This document shows positions 9,952 to 19,739 of a stretch of 64,000 bases of DNA, piece after piece. Source of the DNA: an uncultured Chloroflexia bacterium (lineage in GTDB: Bacteria > Chloroflexota > Dehalococcoidia > UBA2979); assembly GCA_963728205.1 (NCBI GenBank), contig CAVSIV010000006.1, positions 704,001 through 768,000 on the forward strand, given 5' to 3'. The position numbers and the translations under genes are program-made. The notes beneath the pieces were generated by a model. That model saw only the letters and a list, made by a program, of their open reading frames with translations. It was not told the origin of the DNA and made no database searches. Within the stretch, counting starts at the first letter, position 1; every line of letters starts with the position of its first letter.

Positions 9952-12756
9952 CTACTGGCCGACCGGCGCCCTGCCCTTGCGCAGCATCCGCGGGCCGCGG
10001 CCGGCGCGCGACGGCGTGCCGGGCGGCTCGACGCGCACTGCGCACGCCTTGTACTCCGGAATCCCCGACGCCACGTCGAGCACGTGGTTCGTGAGGAAGT
10101 TCGCGGCCATGCCCTCGAGCTGCACGAACGGGACGAACAGCTCGCCCCGTCGCATGCGGTCGACGACGTGCACCTCCGCGACAATCTCGCCGCGCCGCGA
10201 CGCCAGCTGCACGGCGTCGCCCTCTGCCACGCCCAGCCGGTCGGCGTCCGCCGGGTGCATGTCGACGGCGACGACCGGCACGAGCTCGAGCAGGCCCGGC
10301 ACGCGACGCGTGATCGTGCCGGTGTGCCAGTGGTAGAGCGAGCGCCCGGTGATCAGCGTGTACGGGAAGCGCTTCGACGGCAGCTCCGCCGCGGGCGGTC
10401 CCTGCTCCACCGCCACGAACTTGCCGAGCCCGCGCGGGAAGTCGTCCTGGAACAGCCGCGGCGTGCCGGGGTGGTCCGGCGTCGGGCACGGCCACTGGAT
10501 GCCGCCCTCGCGCTCGAGCCGCGCGTGCGACAGCCCGGCGATGATCGGCATCAGCGACGCCATCTCGTCAAAGATCTCCGCCGCCGACCGGTGCTCGTAG
10601 GCGCGCGTCGGTCGCTCGAGGATGCGGCACACGCGCCGCGCGATGTCCTCCGTGATCGCCCAGTCGTCCCGCGCCTCGCCGGGCGGCGGCAGGATCGGCC
10701 GCACGAGCTGCACGCGCCGCTCGCTGTTCGTGAACGTGCCGTGCTTCTCCGCGAACGACGTCGCCGGCAGGATCACGTCGGCGATCTCGGCCGTCTCGTG
10801 CATGAAGATGTCCTGCACGACGAGGAAGTCGAGGTGCTCGAACGCCTCGCGCGCGTGTGCCAGGTAGGGGTCCGAGATCAGCGGGTTCTCGCCGACGACG
10901 TACATCGTGCGCAGCCGGCCCTCGAGCATCTCGTCGATCATCGCCGTCGACTGCAGCCCGGCGGCACGGTCGATGTCGGACTCCCACGCCGCCGAGTACT
11001 TGTCGTGCGCGGGGCCGTCGAGCGGCTCGTAGCCGGGGAAGACGTTCGGGAGACAGCCGGAGTCCGAGCAGCCCTGCACGTTGTTCTGCCCGCGTAGCGG
11101 GGAGATGCCGTTGCCCGGCCTGCCGACCTGCCCGGTGAGCAGCGCGAGGTTGATCAGCGACCGCGCGTTGTCCGAGCCGTTCGTGTGCTGGGTGATCCCC
11201 ATGCCCCAGATCATGCAGGAGCCGCGCTCGTGGCCGTCGCGGTCCGGCCGCGGCCGCGCGTAGAGCCGCGCGGCGCGACGGATGTCGTCGGCGGGCACGC
11301 CGGTCACGCGCTCGGCATCCTCCGGCGTGACCTGCTCCGCGGCCGCGCGCCAGGCGTCGAAGTTCTCGGTACGCCGCGCGACGAAGTCGCGATCCCAGAG
11401 CTCCTCCTCGAGGATGACGTGCGCCATCGCGTTGAACAGCGCCACGTCGGTGCCCGGCCGCGGCTGCAGGTGGATCTCCGCGACGTCGCAGATGTCGACG
11501 CGGATCGGGTTCACGACGATCAGCGCGGCCCCCCGCGCCTCGACGGCGCGGCGGATGCGCGACGCGACCACCGGGTGGTTCTGCCCGGTGTCGCTGCCGA
11601 CGACGAGCAGCGTGCCGGCGTTGTCGTAGTCCTCGTACGAGTTGCTCGTCGCGCCGGTGCCGACCTGCTCCTGCAGCGCGACGACCGACGGCGCGTGGCA
11701 CAGCCGGGAGCAGTGGTCGATCGAATTCGTGCCCATCACGGCGCGCACGAACTTCTGCAGGACGTAGCCGTCCTCGTTCGTGGCCTTCGCCGAGGCGATG
11801 CCGGCGAACGAACCCAGCGAGTCCGCGAAGCGCCCGGCGACGAGGTCGAGCGCCTCGTCCCATGTCGCCCGCTCGAACTTGCCGTCGCGCTTGATCAGCG
11901 GGTGCGTGAGCCGCTCCTCGGATGTGACGAACGGCAGGCCGAAGCGGCCCTTCACGCAGGTCATGCCCTGGGACGAGCCGTTGTCGGGCTCGCCGTCGAC
12001 CCACGCGATCTCGCCGTCGCGCTCGTGGACGGCGAGGCCGCAGCCGACGCCGCAGTACGGGCACGTCGTGTGGACGGTCGTCGTCGCGCCCTGGCGGCCG
12101 CTCGCCGTCGCCGGGGCGCCGGCCTTCGGGAAGAGCGCGCCGGTGGGGCATTGCGAGATGCACTGGCCGCACGAGGTGCAGGTCGAGTCCTCCCAGAGCG
12201 AGTCGAAGGCAGCGCCGATGTGCGCGGTCTCGCCGCGGCCGTTGATGCCGATCGCGCCGATGTGCTGTGTGCGCTGGCAGGCGTCCACGCAGCGGCCGCA
12301 GAGGATGCAGTCGGCCATGTTCAGGGTGAAGAAGACGTTGGAGTCGTCCTGCGGCGCCCGGACGCGCGGCGCGAACGACGAGGCGTCGAGGCCGTGCGCC
12401 TGCGCGTGGTGCGTGGCCATGCCCTTGCCGCGGCCGTCGGCGGACATGCCGACGGTGAGGTCGAGGACGCCGCGGCGCACGCGCACCGCGCGCTCCGACT
12501 GCGTGCGGACGACGGCGCCGGCGGCGGCGGCCGGCGTGTGGCAGGCGGCGGCGAGGCGCGGCGCGCCGTCGACCTCGACGAGGCACGTGCGGCACGCGGC
12601 GAGCGGACCGCGCGCGTCCGGCTTGCAGAGGTGGGGAAGGTCGACGCCGGCGGCGAGCACCGCGTCGAGCAGCGTCGCGCCGCGGGGGACCTGGACGGTG
12701 ATGCCATCGACGGTGACGTCAATCGGCGGAGCCATGACGGGCATGTCCAGGGGCAT
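9952..12756 (-). CDS. fdhF: formate dehydrogenase alpha subunit (Mo/W-bisPGD, Cys-type; FdsA/FdhF-like)
   Basis: N-terminal 2Fe-2S, two ferredoxin motifs CILCGRCVDAC and CTSCGQCISQCP, CPYCGVGC, IDHCSRLCHAPS, PLRGQNNVQG, GTFTNSERRVQ, PEYKACAV; GGAGG RBS. Confidence 0.9.
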   Translation of the reverse strand: MPLDMPVMAPPIDVTVDGITVQVPRGATLLDAVLAAGVDLPHLCKPDARGPLAACRTCLVEVDGAPRLAAACHTPAAAAGAVVRTQSERAVRVRRGVLDLTVGMSADGRGKGMATHHAQAHGLDASSFAPRVRAPQDDSNVFFTLNMADCILCGRCVDACQRTQHIGAIGINGRGETAHIGAAFDSLWEDSTCTSCGQCISQCPTGALFPKAGAPATASGRQGATTTVHTTCPYCGVGCGLAVHERDGEIAWVDGEPDNGSSQGMTCVKGRFGLPFVTSEERLTHPLIKRDGKFERATWDEALDLVAGRFADSLGSFAGIASAKATNEDGYVLQKFVRAVMGTNSIDHCSRLCHAPSVVALQEQVGTGATSNSYEDYDNAGTLLVVGSDTGQNHPVVASRIRRAVEARGAALIVVNPIRVDICDVAEIHLQPRPGTDVALFNAMAHVILEEELWDRDFVARRTENFDAWRAAAEQVTPEDAERVTGVPADDIRRAARLYARPRPDRDGHERGSCMIWGMGITQHTNGSDNARSLINLALLTGQVGRPGNGISPLRGQNNVQGCSDSGCLPNVFPGYEPLDGPAHDKYSAAWESDIDRAAGLQSTAMIDEMLEGRLRTMYVVGENPLISDPYLAHAREAFEHLDFLVVQDIFMHETAEIADVILPATSFAEKHGTFTNSERRVQLVRPILPPPGEARDDWAITEDIARRVCRILERPTRAYEHRSAAEIFDEMASLMPIIAGLSHARLEREGGIQWPCPTPDHPGTPRLFQDDFPRGLGKFVAVEQGPPAAELPSKRFPYTLITGRSLYHWHTGTITRRVPGLLELVPVVAVDMHPADADRLGVAEGDAVQLASRRGEIVAEVHVVDRMRRGELFVPFVQLEGMAANFLTNHVLDVASGIPEYKACAVRVEPPGTPSRAGRGPRMLRKGRAPVGQ

Positions 12757-12802
12757 TGGAAGGCCTCCGTGTGGTTGGCGCGGGCCGTGGCCCGCTCTCA
12801 CA

Positions 12803-12830
12803 TCGGCGGCATGCTGCCGCCGCTTGACGT
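12803..12830. repeat. single REP-like arm, copy 4
   Basis: TCGGCGGCATGCTGCCGCCGCTTGACGT, identical to 9911-9938. Confidence 0.85.
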
Positions 12831-12845
12831 GAACCGGTCGAGCGC

Positions 12846-14318
12846 TCAGTCGAACGCGGCCGGGAACGTCTCCAGCGCGGACGCCACCGGGCGACCGGCC
12901 ATGCCGCCGAGCTGGCACAGCGACGCCTCGGTCAGCACCTCGATCACCTCGGCGATGCGCGCGCGGTCCGGCGTGGGCGCCTCGAGCAGGCCGAGCAGCC
13001 GCGCGGTGCCCTCGCGGCACGGCGTGCACTCGCCGCACGACTCGCGCATGTTGTACGCGGTCAGCGAGCGCGTGATCGCCGCGATGTCGGCGTCCGGCGG
13101 CAGCACCACCGCGCCGCCCGCGCCCAGGCCGCGCATCTCCAGCGGCCGGTCGAACTCGGCGGGCGGCACGAACCGGCCCGACGGCCCGCCGAGCAGCACC
13201 GCGCTCACCCGGCCCGGCATCGCCCCGGCCATCGCCAGCACGCCCGCCCACGTCATCGCGCCGTCGACCGGCACCTCGTACAGCCCCGGCCGCGGCACGG
13301 CGCCGGAGAGCGGCAGCAGCTTCGTCGGCGGTGGCGGGTCGTCGAACACCGTCGTCACGGCGGCGAGCGTCTCGGCGTTGTTGATCACGGTCGGGCGGCC
13401 GAACACGCCCTGGTCGGTCGCGTACGGCGGCTTGAAGCGCGGCACCGGCCGCTCGCCCTCGACGCTGTTCATGATCACCGACTCTTCGCCGCAGACGTAC
13501 CCGCCCGCGCCGGAGCGGACCTCAATCTCGGCGGCCACGCGCGCACCGAGCGCGTCCCCGCCCACGATGCCGGCGGCGCGAGCGTCGGCCAGCGCGGCCT
13601 CGAAGGCGGCGCGGGCCTTGCGCGCCTGGCCGTTCACGTAGACGAAGACGCGGGTCACGCCGGTCGCGTGGCAGCACATCAGGATGCCCTCGAGCAGGCG
13701 GTGCGGGTCGCCCTCGAGCAGGTGGCGGTCCTTGAACACGCCGGGCTCGCCCTCCTCGGCGTTGACGAGCAGCACCTTCTCGCCGCCGTGCGCCGCGACG
13801 AGCTTCCATTTCGTCGGCACCGCGAAGTGCGCGCCGCCGCGGCCCGTCAGGCCGGCGCGCTCGACGGCTGCGATCGTCTCCTCGGGCGGCCGGCTGAGGG
13901 CGTACGCGAGCGCCGCGTAGGCGCCGCGGCCGAGCACGTCGGCGAGCGAGCCGTCGTTGCGTCCCAGGCGCGCCGCGAGCCCGCGCTCGCCGGTGCCGGC
14001 ATAGCCCTCGGCGTCGCAGCGGCCCTCGAGGCAGTCGACGACGGACTGCGGGCCGGCCTGGTCCAGCCTCGCGTGGCGGTGGACGTGGCCCTCGCGGACG
14101 ACGGTGGCGGCCGGCGCGGCCCAGCACGCGCCGTCGCACGCGGCCTCCGCGAGCACGCCGGCGCGCGGGCCGAGCGCTTCGCGCAGCGCGTCGAGCGCCA
14201 GCGCGGCGCCGACGGCGTCGCCGCAGGTGCCGCGGTGCATTAGCACGCGCGGGGCGGCCGGCGCGGGGTGCGCGGTGCGCAGCGCGGCGTAGGCGTCGGG
14301 GAGGCGCGCGGTGGTCAT
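12846..14318 (-). CDS. NuoF/FdsB-like FMN/NADH-binding subunit
   Basis: GLTGRGGAHF, NAEEGEPGVFKDR, GYVCGEES, NNAETL, ESCGECTPCREG, SLCQLG. Confidence 0.88.
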   Translation of the reverse strand: MTTARLPDAYAALRTAHPAPAAPRVLMHRGTCGDAVGAALALDALREALGPRAGVLAEAACDGACWAAPAATVVREGHVHRHARLDQAGPQSVVDCLEGRCDAEGYAGTGERGLAARLGRNDGSLADVLGRGAYAALAYALSRPPEETIAAVERAGLTGRGGAHFAVPTKWKLVAAHGGEKVLLVNAEEGEPGVFKDRHLLEGDPHRLLEGILMCCHATGVTRVFVYVNGQARKARAAFEAALADARAAGIVGGDALGARVAAEIEVRSGAGGYVCGEESVIMNSVEGERPVPRFKPPYATDQGVFGRPTVINNAETLAAVTTVFDDPPPPTKLLPLSGAVPRPGLYEVPVDGAMTWAGVLAMAGAMPGRVSAVLLGGPSGRFVPPAEFDRPLEMRGLGAGGAVVLPPDADIAAITRSLTAYNMRESCGECTPCREGTARLLGLLEAPTPDRARIAEVIEVLTEASLCQLGGMAGRPVASALETFPAAFD

Positions 14319-14818
14319 CGCTTCGCTCGCGTTCGGCCCGCGGGGCGGGCCGTTGCGGCGCGCTCCACCGGGGCGTCGGCGAGCCGCGCCCGGAGCTCGT
14401 CGGGCGTGAGGCGGCCGTGCAGGCGCTCGTGCTCGTCGACGACGACCGGCGCGAGCGCGCACAGGAACTGGCAGTCGACGCCCGCCGTCCGCTCCGGCGC
14501 GGCCGCGAGGAGCGCGGCGGCGCCGGCGAGGTCGCACGCGACGCCGGTGCACACGTGCCACCGGCCGGGAACCGGCGGCGCGAGGCGCAGCTCCGAATAG
14601 GCGGTCGCGGTCGCGTACACCTCGGACGCCGGCACGCGCGTGTGCCGGTGGACGTGCTCGATCGCCTCGCGCGGCAGCCAGCCCAGCGCGTCCTGCGCCG
14701 CGTGCAGCGCCGGCAGCAGCTGGTCCTTGCGACGCGGCAGCGCGTCGATCGCGGCGGCGGCGGCCGCGAGCGCGGCCGGGTCGGCGGCCTGCAGGTTCGC
14801 GTTCGAGTCGAGCGTCAT
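14315..14818 (-). CDS. NuoE/FdsG-like 2Fe-2S subunit
   Basis: LLPALHAAQDALGWL, EVYATATAY, VCTGVAC...CQFLCALAP; ATGA overlap with the nuoF-like gene. Confidence 0.82.
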   Translation of the reverse strand: MTLDSNANLQAADPAALAAAAAAIDALPRRKDQLLPALHAAQDALGWLPREAIEHVHRHTRVPASEVYATATAYSELRLAPPVPGRWHVCTGVACDLAGAAALLAAAPERTAGVDCQFLCALAPVVVDEHERLHGRLTPDELRARLADAPVERAATARPAGRTRAKR

Positions 14819-14923
14819 GGCGGCATTGTAGAGCGCGCGTCGCGGGGGATCAGGCGAGGCGCGGCACGCTTCGTATGCGCCGCGCAGCGACCTGTTCGCG
14901 GACGTCGCGCTCGGGGACGCCGC

Positions 14924-15715
14924 CTAGTCTTCGAGCAGGCTCTCCGCGATCGCGTTGAGCTGCGCGTCGGTCACCCCTGCCGCCGCGAGGTAGCCGACGG
15001 CGGACCCGTGCCGCTCGTCGACCCCGGCCAGCGCGAGCGCCATCACGTCCGGGTTCGCGATCGCGGGCCCGGTGCGCGCGGTGCCGTAGAAGGCGGCGAG
15101 GCGCGCGGCCCCGGCGTCGTCGAAGACGAGGTGGCGCGCGGTGAGGGCGTAGTCCTCGACGATCGTGTCGCGATCGACGCCGAGCGCCGATAGCAGCAGC
15201 GCCGCGAGCAGCCCGGTGCGGTCCTTCCCGGCGGTGCAATGGAAGACGGTGGCACCCTCGGGCGAATCCGCGAGGTGGCCGAAGATGCGGGCGACGGTGG
15301 GTCGGCCCTCGTCGAGCATGCTGAGGTAACCCGCGGCGACCGGCCGCGGGTCGTCCCGGTCGGCGGCCGGGGCCGGCACGGCGGCGCGGTGCGCCGCGGT
15401 CTCGACCTCTGCGATCAGCGGCACGTGGTGGTGCCGCACGCCGCGCGCGCCGAGCGGGCCCGCGCCGAAATGGCTGCGCTCGGCGAGCGTGCGCAGGTCG
15501 AAGACGTCGGTGACCGCGAGCGATGCGATCGTGTCGACGTCGCGCGGCGTGACCAGCTCGAGCGCGGCGGAGCGAAAGACGCGCCGCCAGCGGACGCGAT
15601 GACCGTCGGCCGTCGCGTACCCGCCGAGGTCGCGGAAGTTCTGTGCGCCGTCGAGGGCGATCAGTCGCTCGAGGTCGTCTTCGGCGCGGTGGACAAGCGT
15701 GCTGTGGTGCTGCAT
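14924..15715 (-). CDS. tyrosine-protein phosphatase (PtpB/Y_phosphatase3 type)
   Basis: NFRDLGG, DLRT, active-site HCTAGKDRTG, DYALT. Confidence 0.9.
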   Translation of the reverse strand: MQHHSTLVHRAEDDLERLIALDGAQNFRDLGGYATADGHRVRWRRVFRSAALELVTPRDVDTIASLAVTDVFDLRTLAERSHFGAGPLGARGVRHHHVPLIAEVETAAHRAAVPAPAADRDDPRPVAAGYLSMLDEGRPTVARIFGHLADSPEGATVFHCTAGKDRTGLLAALLLSALGVDRDTIVEDYALTARHLVFDDAGAARLAAFYGTARTGPAIANPDVMALALAGVDERHGSAVGYLAAAGVTDAQLNAIAESLLED

Positions 15716-15785
15716 GAATTCATTCTGCCGCGATCGCGCCGGCGGCGTGTTGTCGCCGCGTAAACGGCGAACGCCGCGTCGCCGG

Positions 15786-16583
15786 CTACCCCGCGGTCGC
15801 CGCGTCGCCGACCGTCAGCTCGCCCCCGGAGCGCGGGACCGCGAGCACGCCCATCGTCGGCTCGTCCTGGCCCATGCCGCGCGTCAGCGTCGTCATCACC
15901 TGCAGGTCCCGCTCGCCCGTCACCGGGTTCGCGTGCGTTGCGAGACAGCGGATCACCGGGCCGGTGACCTCGAACTCGAGCGCACCGACGCGCACCGAGC
16001 GCCCGATCCACTCGAGCTCCTCCCACGGACGCAGGCCGTCGAGCACGACGTTCATGCGAAAGCGCCGCTCGTCGACCTCCGCGCCGATCACCTCGGCCAG
16101 CGCAGCGACGCTCGCCGACGCCATGAGCGTGACATGCCGCGGTCCGCGGTCGTGGAAGCGCGGCGTCGCGCCGTCGCCGACGAGGTGGAGCGCGTCGCCG
16201 GGTTTCAGCGACGAGTCGTCGAGGCCGCGCACGTACGCGGTCACCGCGTCGGCGAGGCGACGGCGGTCGGCAGGGTCCGCAACGTCGCCGACCGCGAGCG
16301 TCCTGCCGTCGAGGCGCACTTCGAGGCGACGGGTGTCGGCGTCGAATGCGGCGGCGAGCCGCGCGAGGCCGGGGGTGTTCATCAGCACCGTGAAGCGTTC
16401 TTTGCGCCACCAGTCGGCGCCGGCCATCTCGCGATCGGGGGCGGCGAGCGCGCTCTGGAGCAGGAAGCCGAGCACGCGGTCGCCCTCGGGTGCGCCGGAG
16501 GCGAGGACCCGGAGCCGGTCGCACGGCTCGGCCGACATGCCCTTCACGGGGTAGCGGTAGAGGCGGGCGACGGTGGCGGTCAT
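15786..16583 (-). CDS. MOSC domain protein
   Basis: LYRYPVKGM, GDR, RRFRMNVV, RCLATHANP, LTVGD. Confidence 0.88.
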   Translation of the reverse strand: MTATVARLYRYPVKGMSAEPCDRLRVLASGAPEGDRVLGFLLQSALAAPDREMAGADWWRKERFTVLMNTPGLARLAAAFDADTRRLEVRLDGRTLAVGDVADPADRRRLADAVTAYVRGLDDSSLKPGDALHLVGDGATPRFHDRGPRHVTLMASASVAALAEVIGAEVDERRFRMNVVLDGLRPWEELEWIGRSVRVGALEFEVTGPVIRCLATHANPVTGERDLQVMTTLTRGMGQDEPTMGVLAVPRSGGELTVGDAATAG

Positions 16584-16733
16584 GCGCCGCATGATAGGCG
16601 AGCGGAAGGCGTGCCGCCTTCCGACTCAGCGACGCCGCGACACCGTCGACCGCCGGGCCGGACGCTGGCCGACGGTTGATTCGCGTGCCGAGTCGGAGGG
16701 CGGCGCGCCCTCCGCTCGCCGAGTCTCGCGTCG

Positions 16734-19700
16734 CTACCGCACGGTGCTCGACTGCGCCTGCTTCACGACCTCGATGCGGTCGGGGAGGCGTTCCGCCAGC
16801 TCCGGCACGTGGGAGATCACGCCGATCACGCGCGTGCCGCCGGCGAGGGTCTCGAGGCCCTGCACGGCGAGGTCCAGCGACTCCGCATCCAGCGAGCCGA
16901 AACCCTCGTCGAGGAAGAGCGACTCCAGCGCGACGGCGCCGCCGGCGCCCGACAGCTGGGGGAGGTGCTCGGAGAGCGACAGCGCGAGCGCGAGGCTCGC
17001 GAGGAACGTCTCGCCGCCGGAGAGCGTCTTCACCGAGCGGCGCTCGTCCCCGTTGAGACGGTCGACCACGAGAAACTCGTCGTCCTCCGCGATCAGCTCG
17101 TAGCGCCCGCTCGTGAACTGTCCCAGGTGCTGCGAGGCGTCGGCGGCGAGCAGCTGCATCGCCTCCTGCTGCACGTAGGCGATGAAGCGGTTGCCGCGCA
17201 GCTCCTGCTCGAGCGCGCCGGCGAGCGCGGCCGACGCCTCGTGTGAGCGGATCTCGTCGCGCATGCGCTGCGACTCCGCGACGGCACCGTGCGCGTGCTT
17301 GAGCCGCTCGCCCAGCGCGCCGAGCTGACCGGAGACGCCGCGCTCCTCCGCCTCGTGCGCGAGCATGATCCCGCGCAGCGGCTCGATGCCGGGCTCGCCG
17401 TCCGCGACCGCCTCGCGCCAGGCGCCGGCGAACGCCGCGCGCGCCGCCGCGGCGGCGTCCTCCGCCTCCCGACACGCGGCTGCCGCCGCCGTCGACTCCG
17501 CACCCGCCTGCGCGCGCGCCGCCTCCCGCGCCTCGCGCTGGCCCTGGGCCGCGGCGAGCGCCGCGGCCAGCTCCCCCAGCAACGCGTCGAGCGCGCGCGC
17601 CCGCGTCGCGCGTTGCTCCGCCGCTGCGAGCTGCGCCCGCAGCTCGACGGGCGGCGCGTCGTCGTCCCCGCGCCGGGCGGCGAGCCGCTCTTCCGCCACC
17701 GCGCGCGCCGCGTCCGCCTGCTCGCGCGCCTGCGCCGCCCGCTCGAGCGCGACCGCCGCCTCGCGGTCGGCGCGCTCGGCGTCGCGGGCGACGGCGCCGG
17801 CATCCGCAGCCGTCCGCGCGGCCTGCAGGTACGCCTCGACGTCCGCGATCAGCGCCGCCGGCGCCGCGTCGTCCTCGGCGCGCGGCCCGTCGGCCGGCAC
17901 GACCTCCTGCGGCACCCGCGCCAGCGCCAGCCGCAGCGCGCTCGCCGCCTCGCGGTGCGCGGCCGCCGCCCGGCGCGCGGTGACGGCCCGCTCGCGCGCT
18001 GCGCCCACCGCGGCCATCGCGGCCTCGAAGGCCGCGGGCAGTCCGTCCTCCGCGGCGAAGCCGAGGCGCGCGTCGACGTCGGCGCGGCGCTGCTGAAGGT
18101 CGGCGAGCATGCGCGTCGCGGCCTCGGCGCGCGCGGTCGACGCGGCGACGGCGGCGGAGCGCTCCTCGGCGAGCGCACGCGCCTCCTGCAGCACGTGCTC
18201 CGCCTCGCGCACCGCCGCTGCGGCCGCGTCGAGGTTCGGCGCCTCCTCCGGGTGGATCTCGGTGATCGTCTCGCCGCACACCGGGCAGCGATCGCCGGGC
18301 TTGAGCGCCCGCTGCAGCCGCGCCGCGGCGTGGCGAACGCGCAACGACTCCAGCAGCTCGCGACGCGTCTCCACGGCGGCGACCGCCCGGTCGCGCGCCT
18401 TCACCGCCGACGCGCTCGCGGCCTTCGCCTGCTTCAGATCGTCGCGCGCCAGCGCGCCAATCTCGCGCGCCTCCCGCAGCTCGTCGCGCAGCTGCTCGTA
18501 CGTCGCGCAAATCGCCTCGAGCTGGCGCGCGTGCTCCGCCCGTTCCGCCTCCTGCCGTTCGGCCGCGCCCTGCTCCGCGTCGGCCTCCGCCGCCGCGCCC
18601 TCGCGCTGCTCCGCCGCGCGCATCGCCCGCCCGGCGGCGGACGCCAGCACCGCGGCGGCCGCGCCGCGCGCGGCTTCGGCGTGCGCGCTCTCCTGCAGCG
18701 CCTTCGCGTGGGCCACGGCCGCGCGCTGCGCCCCCGCCCGCGCCTCCTGCAGCGCGCGCTCCGCCGCGGCAAGCGCAGCGGCCGCCTGTGCGACGTCGCG
18801 CTCGGCCTCCTCGCGCAGCGCGATCAGCGACACACGGCGCTCCACCTCGCGGTGCGCGTCGGCGTCGTAGCCCAGCCGCGCGCGCTCCGCTTCCGCGGCC
18901 GCGCGCTCCTTGGTCGCCTGCGCGATGCGCGTGCTCGACGCGGTCAGCTCCTGCTCCGCGCGCGCCAGCGCGTCGGCCGCGCTGCGGGCCCGCTGCCCGG
19001 CCTGCGCCGCCGCCTTCGCCGCGTCGCGGTCGGCGCGCGCGAGCTCGGCGAGCGCGGCCAGCCGCTCGCGGCGCTCCGCGAGCACGCCCGCCCGCGTCTC
19101 GAGCGTCGCGCGCTCCGCCTCGAGCGCCGCGATCGACTCCGGCGTGGCGACGTCGAGCCGCGCGAGCTGCGTCTGCAGCGTCTCGGCCCGCGTGCGCGAC
19201 TGGCCGGCCCGCCGCGCGGCGATGCCGCGCGCCTCGGCGTAGATGCCGAGGCCGAGCAGCCGCGTCATGATGTCGCGCCGCTCGCGCTGGTCGCCCTTGA
19301 GGAACGAGTCGAACGCGCCCTGCGGCAGGAGGACGGTGCGGATGAACGTCTGGTAGTCGAGGCCGAGCACCTTCGTCACCTGTTCCGTGACGTCGCGCGA
19401 GCGGTCCGCGATCGGCTCCCACTCGCCGTCCTCCGTCTGGCGCTCGAACCGCGTCGCGGTCGTGCCGGGCGCGCGCCGGCTCACGCGGTAGTGGCGGCCG
19501 CGCGTCGAGAACTCGAAGTGCACGGACATCGCGTTCGCACCGTGAGAGATCAGCTGGCGCGTCGACGCGCCCACGCGCGGCACCTGGCCGTACAGCGCCC
19601 ACGTGATCGCGTCGAGCAGCGACGACTTCCCGGCGCCGGTCGGACCCGTGATGACGAACAGCCGCCGCCCCTCGAAGTCGACGCTGGTCGATTCGCGAAA

Positions 19701-19739
19701 GGCGGTGAACCCCTTGAGCTCGAGGCGCAGCGGCTTCAC
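16734..19739 (-). CDS. sbcC: SbcC/Rad50-like SMC ATPase
   Basis: Walker A GPTGAGKSS, LPQGAF, coiled coils with Zn-hook CPVCG, LSGGE, LFLDEGFGSLD, ISH. Confidence 0.93.
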   Translation of the reverse strand: MKPLRLELKGFTAFRESTSVDFEGRRLFVITGPTGAGKSSLLDAITWALYGQVPRVGASTRQLISHGANAMSVHFEFSTRGRHYRVSRRAPGTTATRFERQTEDGEWEPIADRSRDVTEQVTKVLGLDYQTFIRTVLLPQGAFDSFLKGDQRERRDIMTRLLGLGIYAEARGIAARRAGQSRTRAETLQTQLARLDVATPESIAALEAERATLETRAGVLAERRERLAALAELARADRDAAKAAAQAGQRARSAADALARAEQELTASSTRIAQATKERAAAEAERARLGYDADAHREVERRVSLIALREEAERDVAQAAAALAAAERALQEARAGAQRAAVAHAKALQESAHAEAARGAAAAVLASAAGRAMRAAEQREGAAAEADAEQGAAERQEAERAEHARQLEAICATYEQLRDELREAREIGALARDDLKQAKAASASAVKARDRAVAAVETRRELLESLRVRHAAARLQRALKPGDRCPVCGETITEIHPEEAPNLDAAAAAVREAEHVLQEARALAEERSAAVAASTARAEAATRMLADLQQRRADVDARLGFAAEDGLPAAFEAAMAAVGAARERAVTARRAAAAHREAASALRLALARVPQEVVPADGPRAEDDAAPAALIADVEAYLQAARTAADAGAVARDAERADREAAVALERAAQAREQADAARAVAEERLAARRGDDDAPPVELRAQLAAAEQRATRARALDALLGELAAALAAAQGQREAREAARAQAGAESTAAAAACREAEDAAAAARAAFAGAWREAVADGEPGIEPLRGIMLAHEAEERGVSGQLGALGERLKHAHGAVAESQRMRDEIRSHEASAALAGALEQELRGNRFIAYVQQEAMQLLAADASQHLGQFTSGRYELIAEDDEFLVVDRLNGDERRSVKTLSGGETFLASLALALSLSEHLPQLSGAGGAVALESLFLDEGFGSLDAESLDLAVQGLETLAGGTRVIGVISHVPELAERLPDRIEVVKQAQSSTVR

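Noticed and set aside
11690-11720. Selenocysteine in the FDH active site
   Set aside because: The codon is TGC (Cys) and the ORF is uninterrupted.
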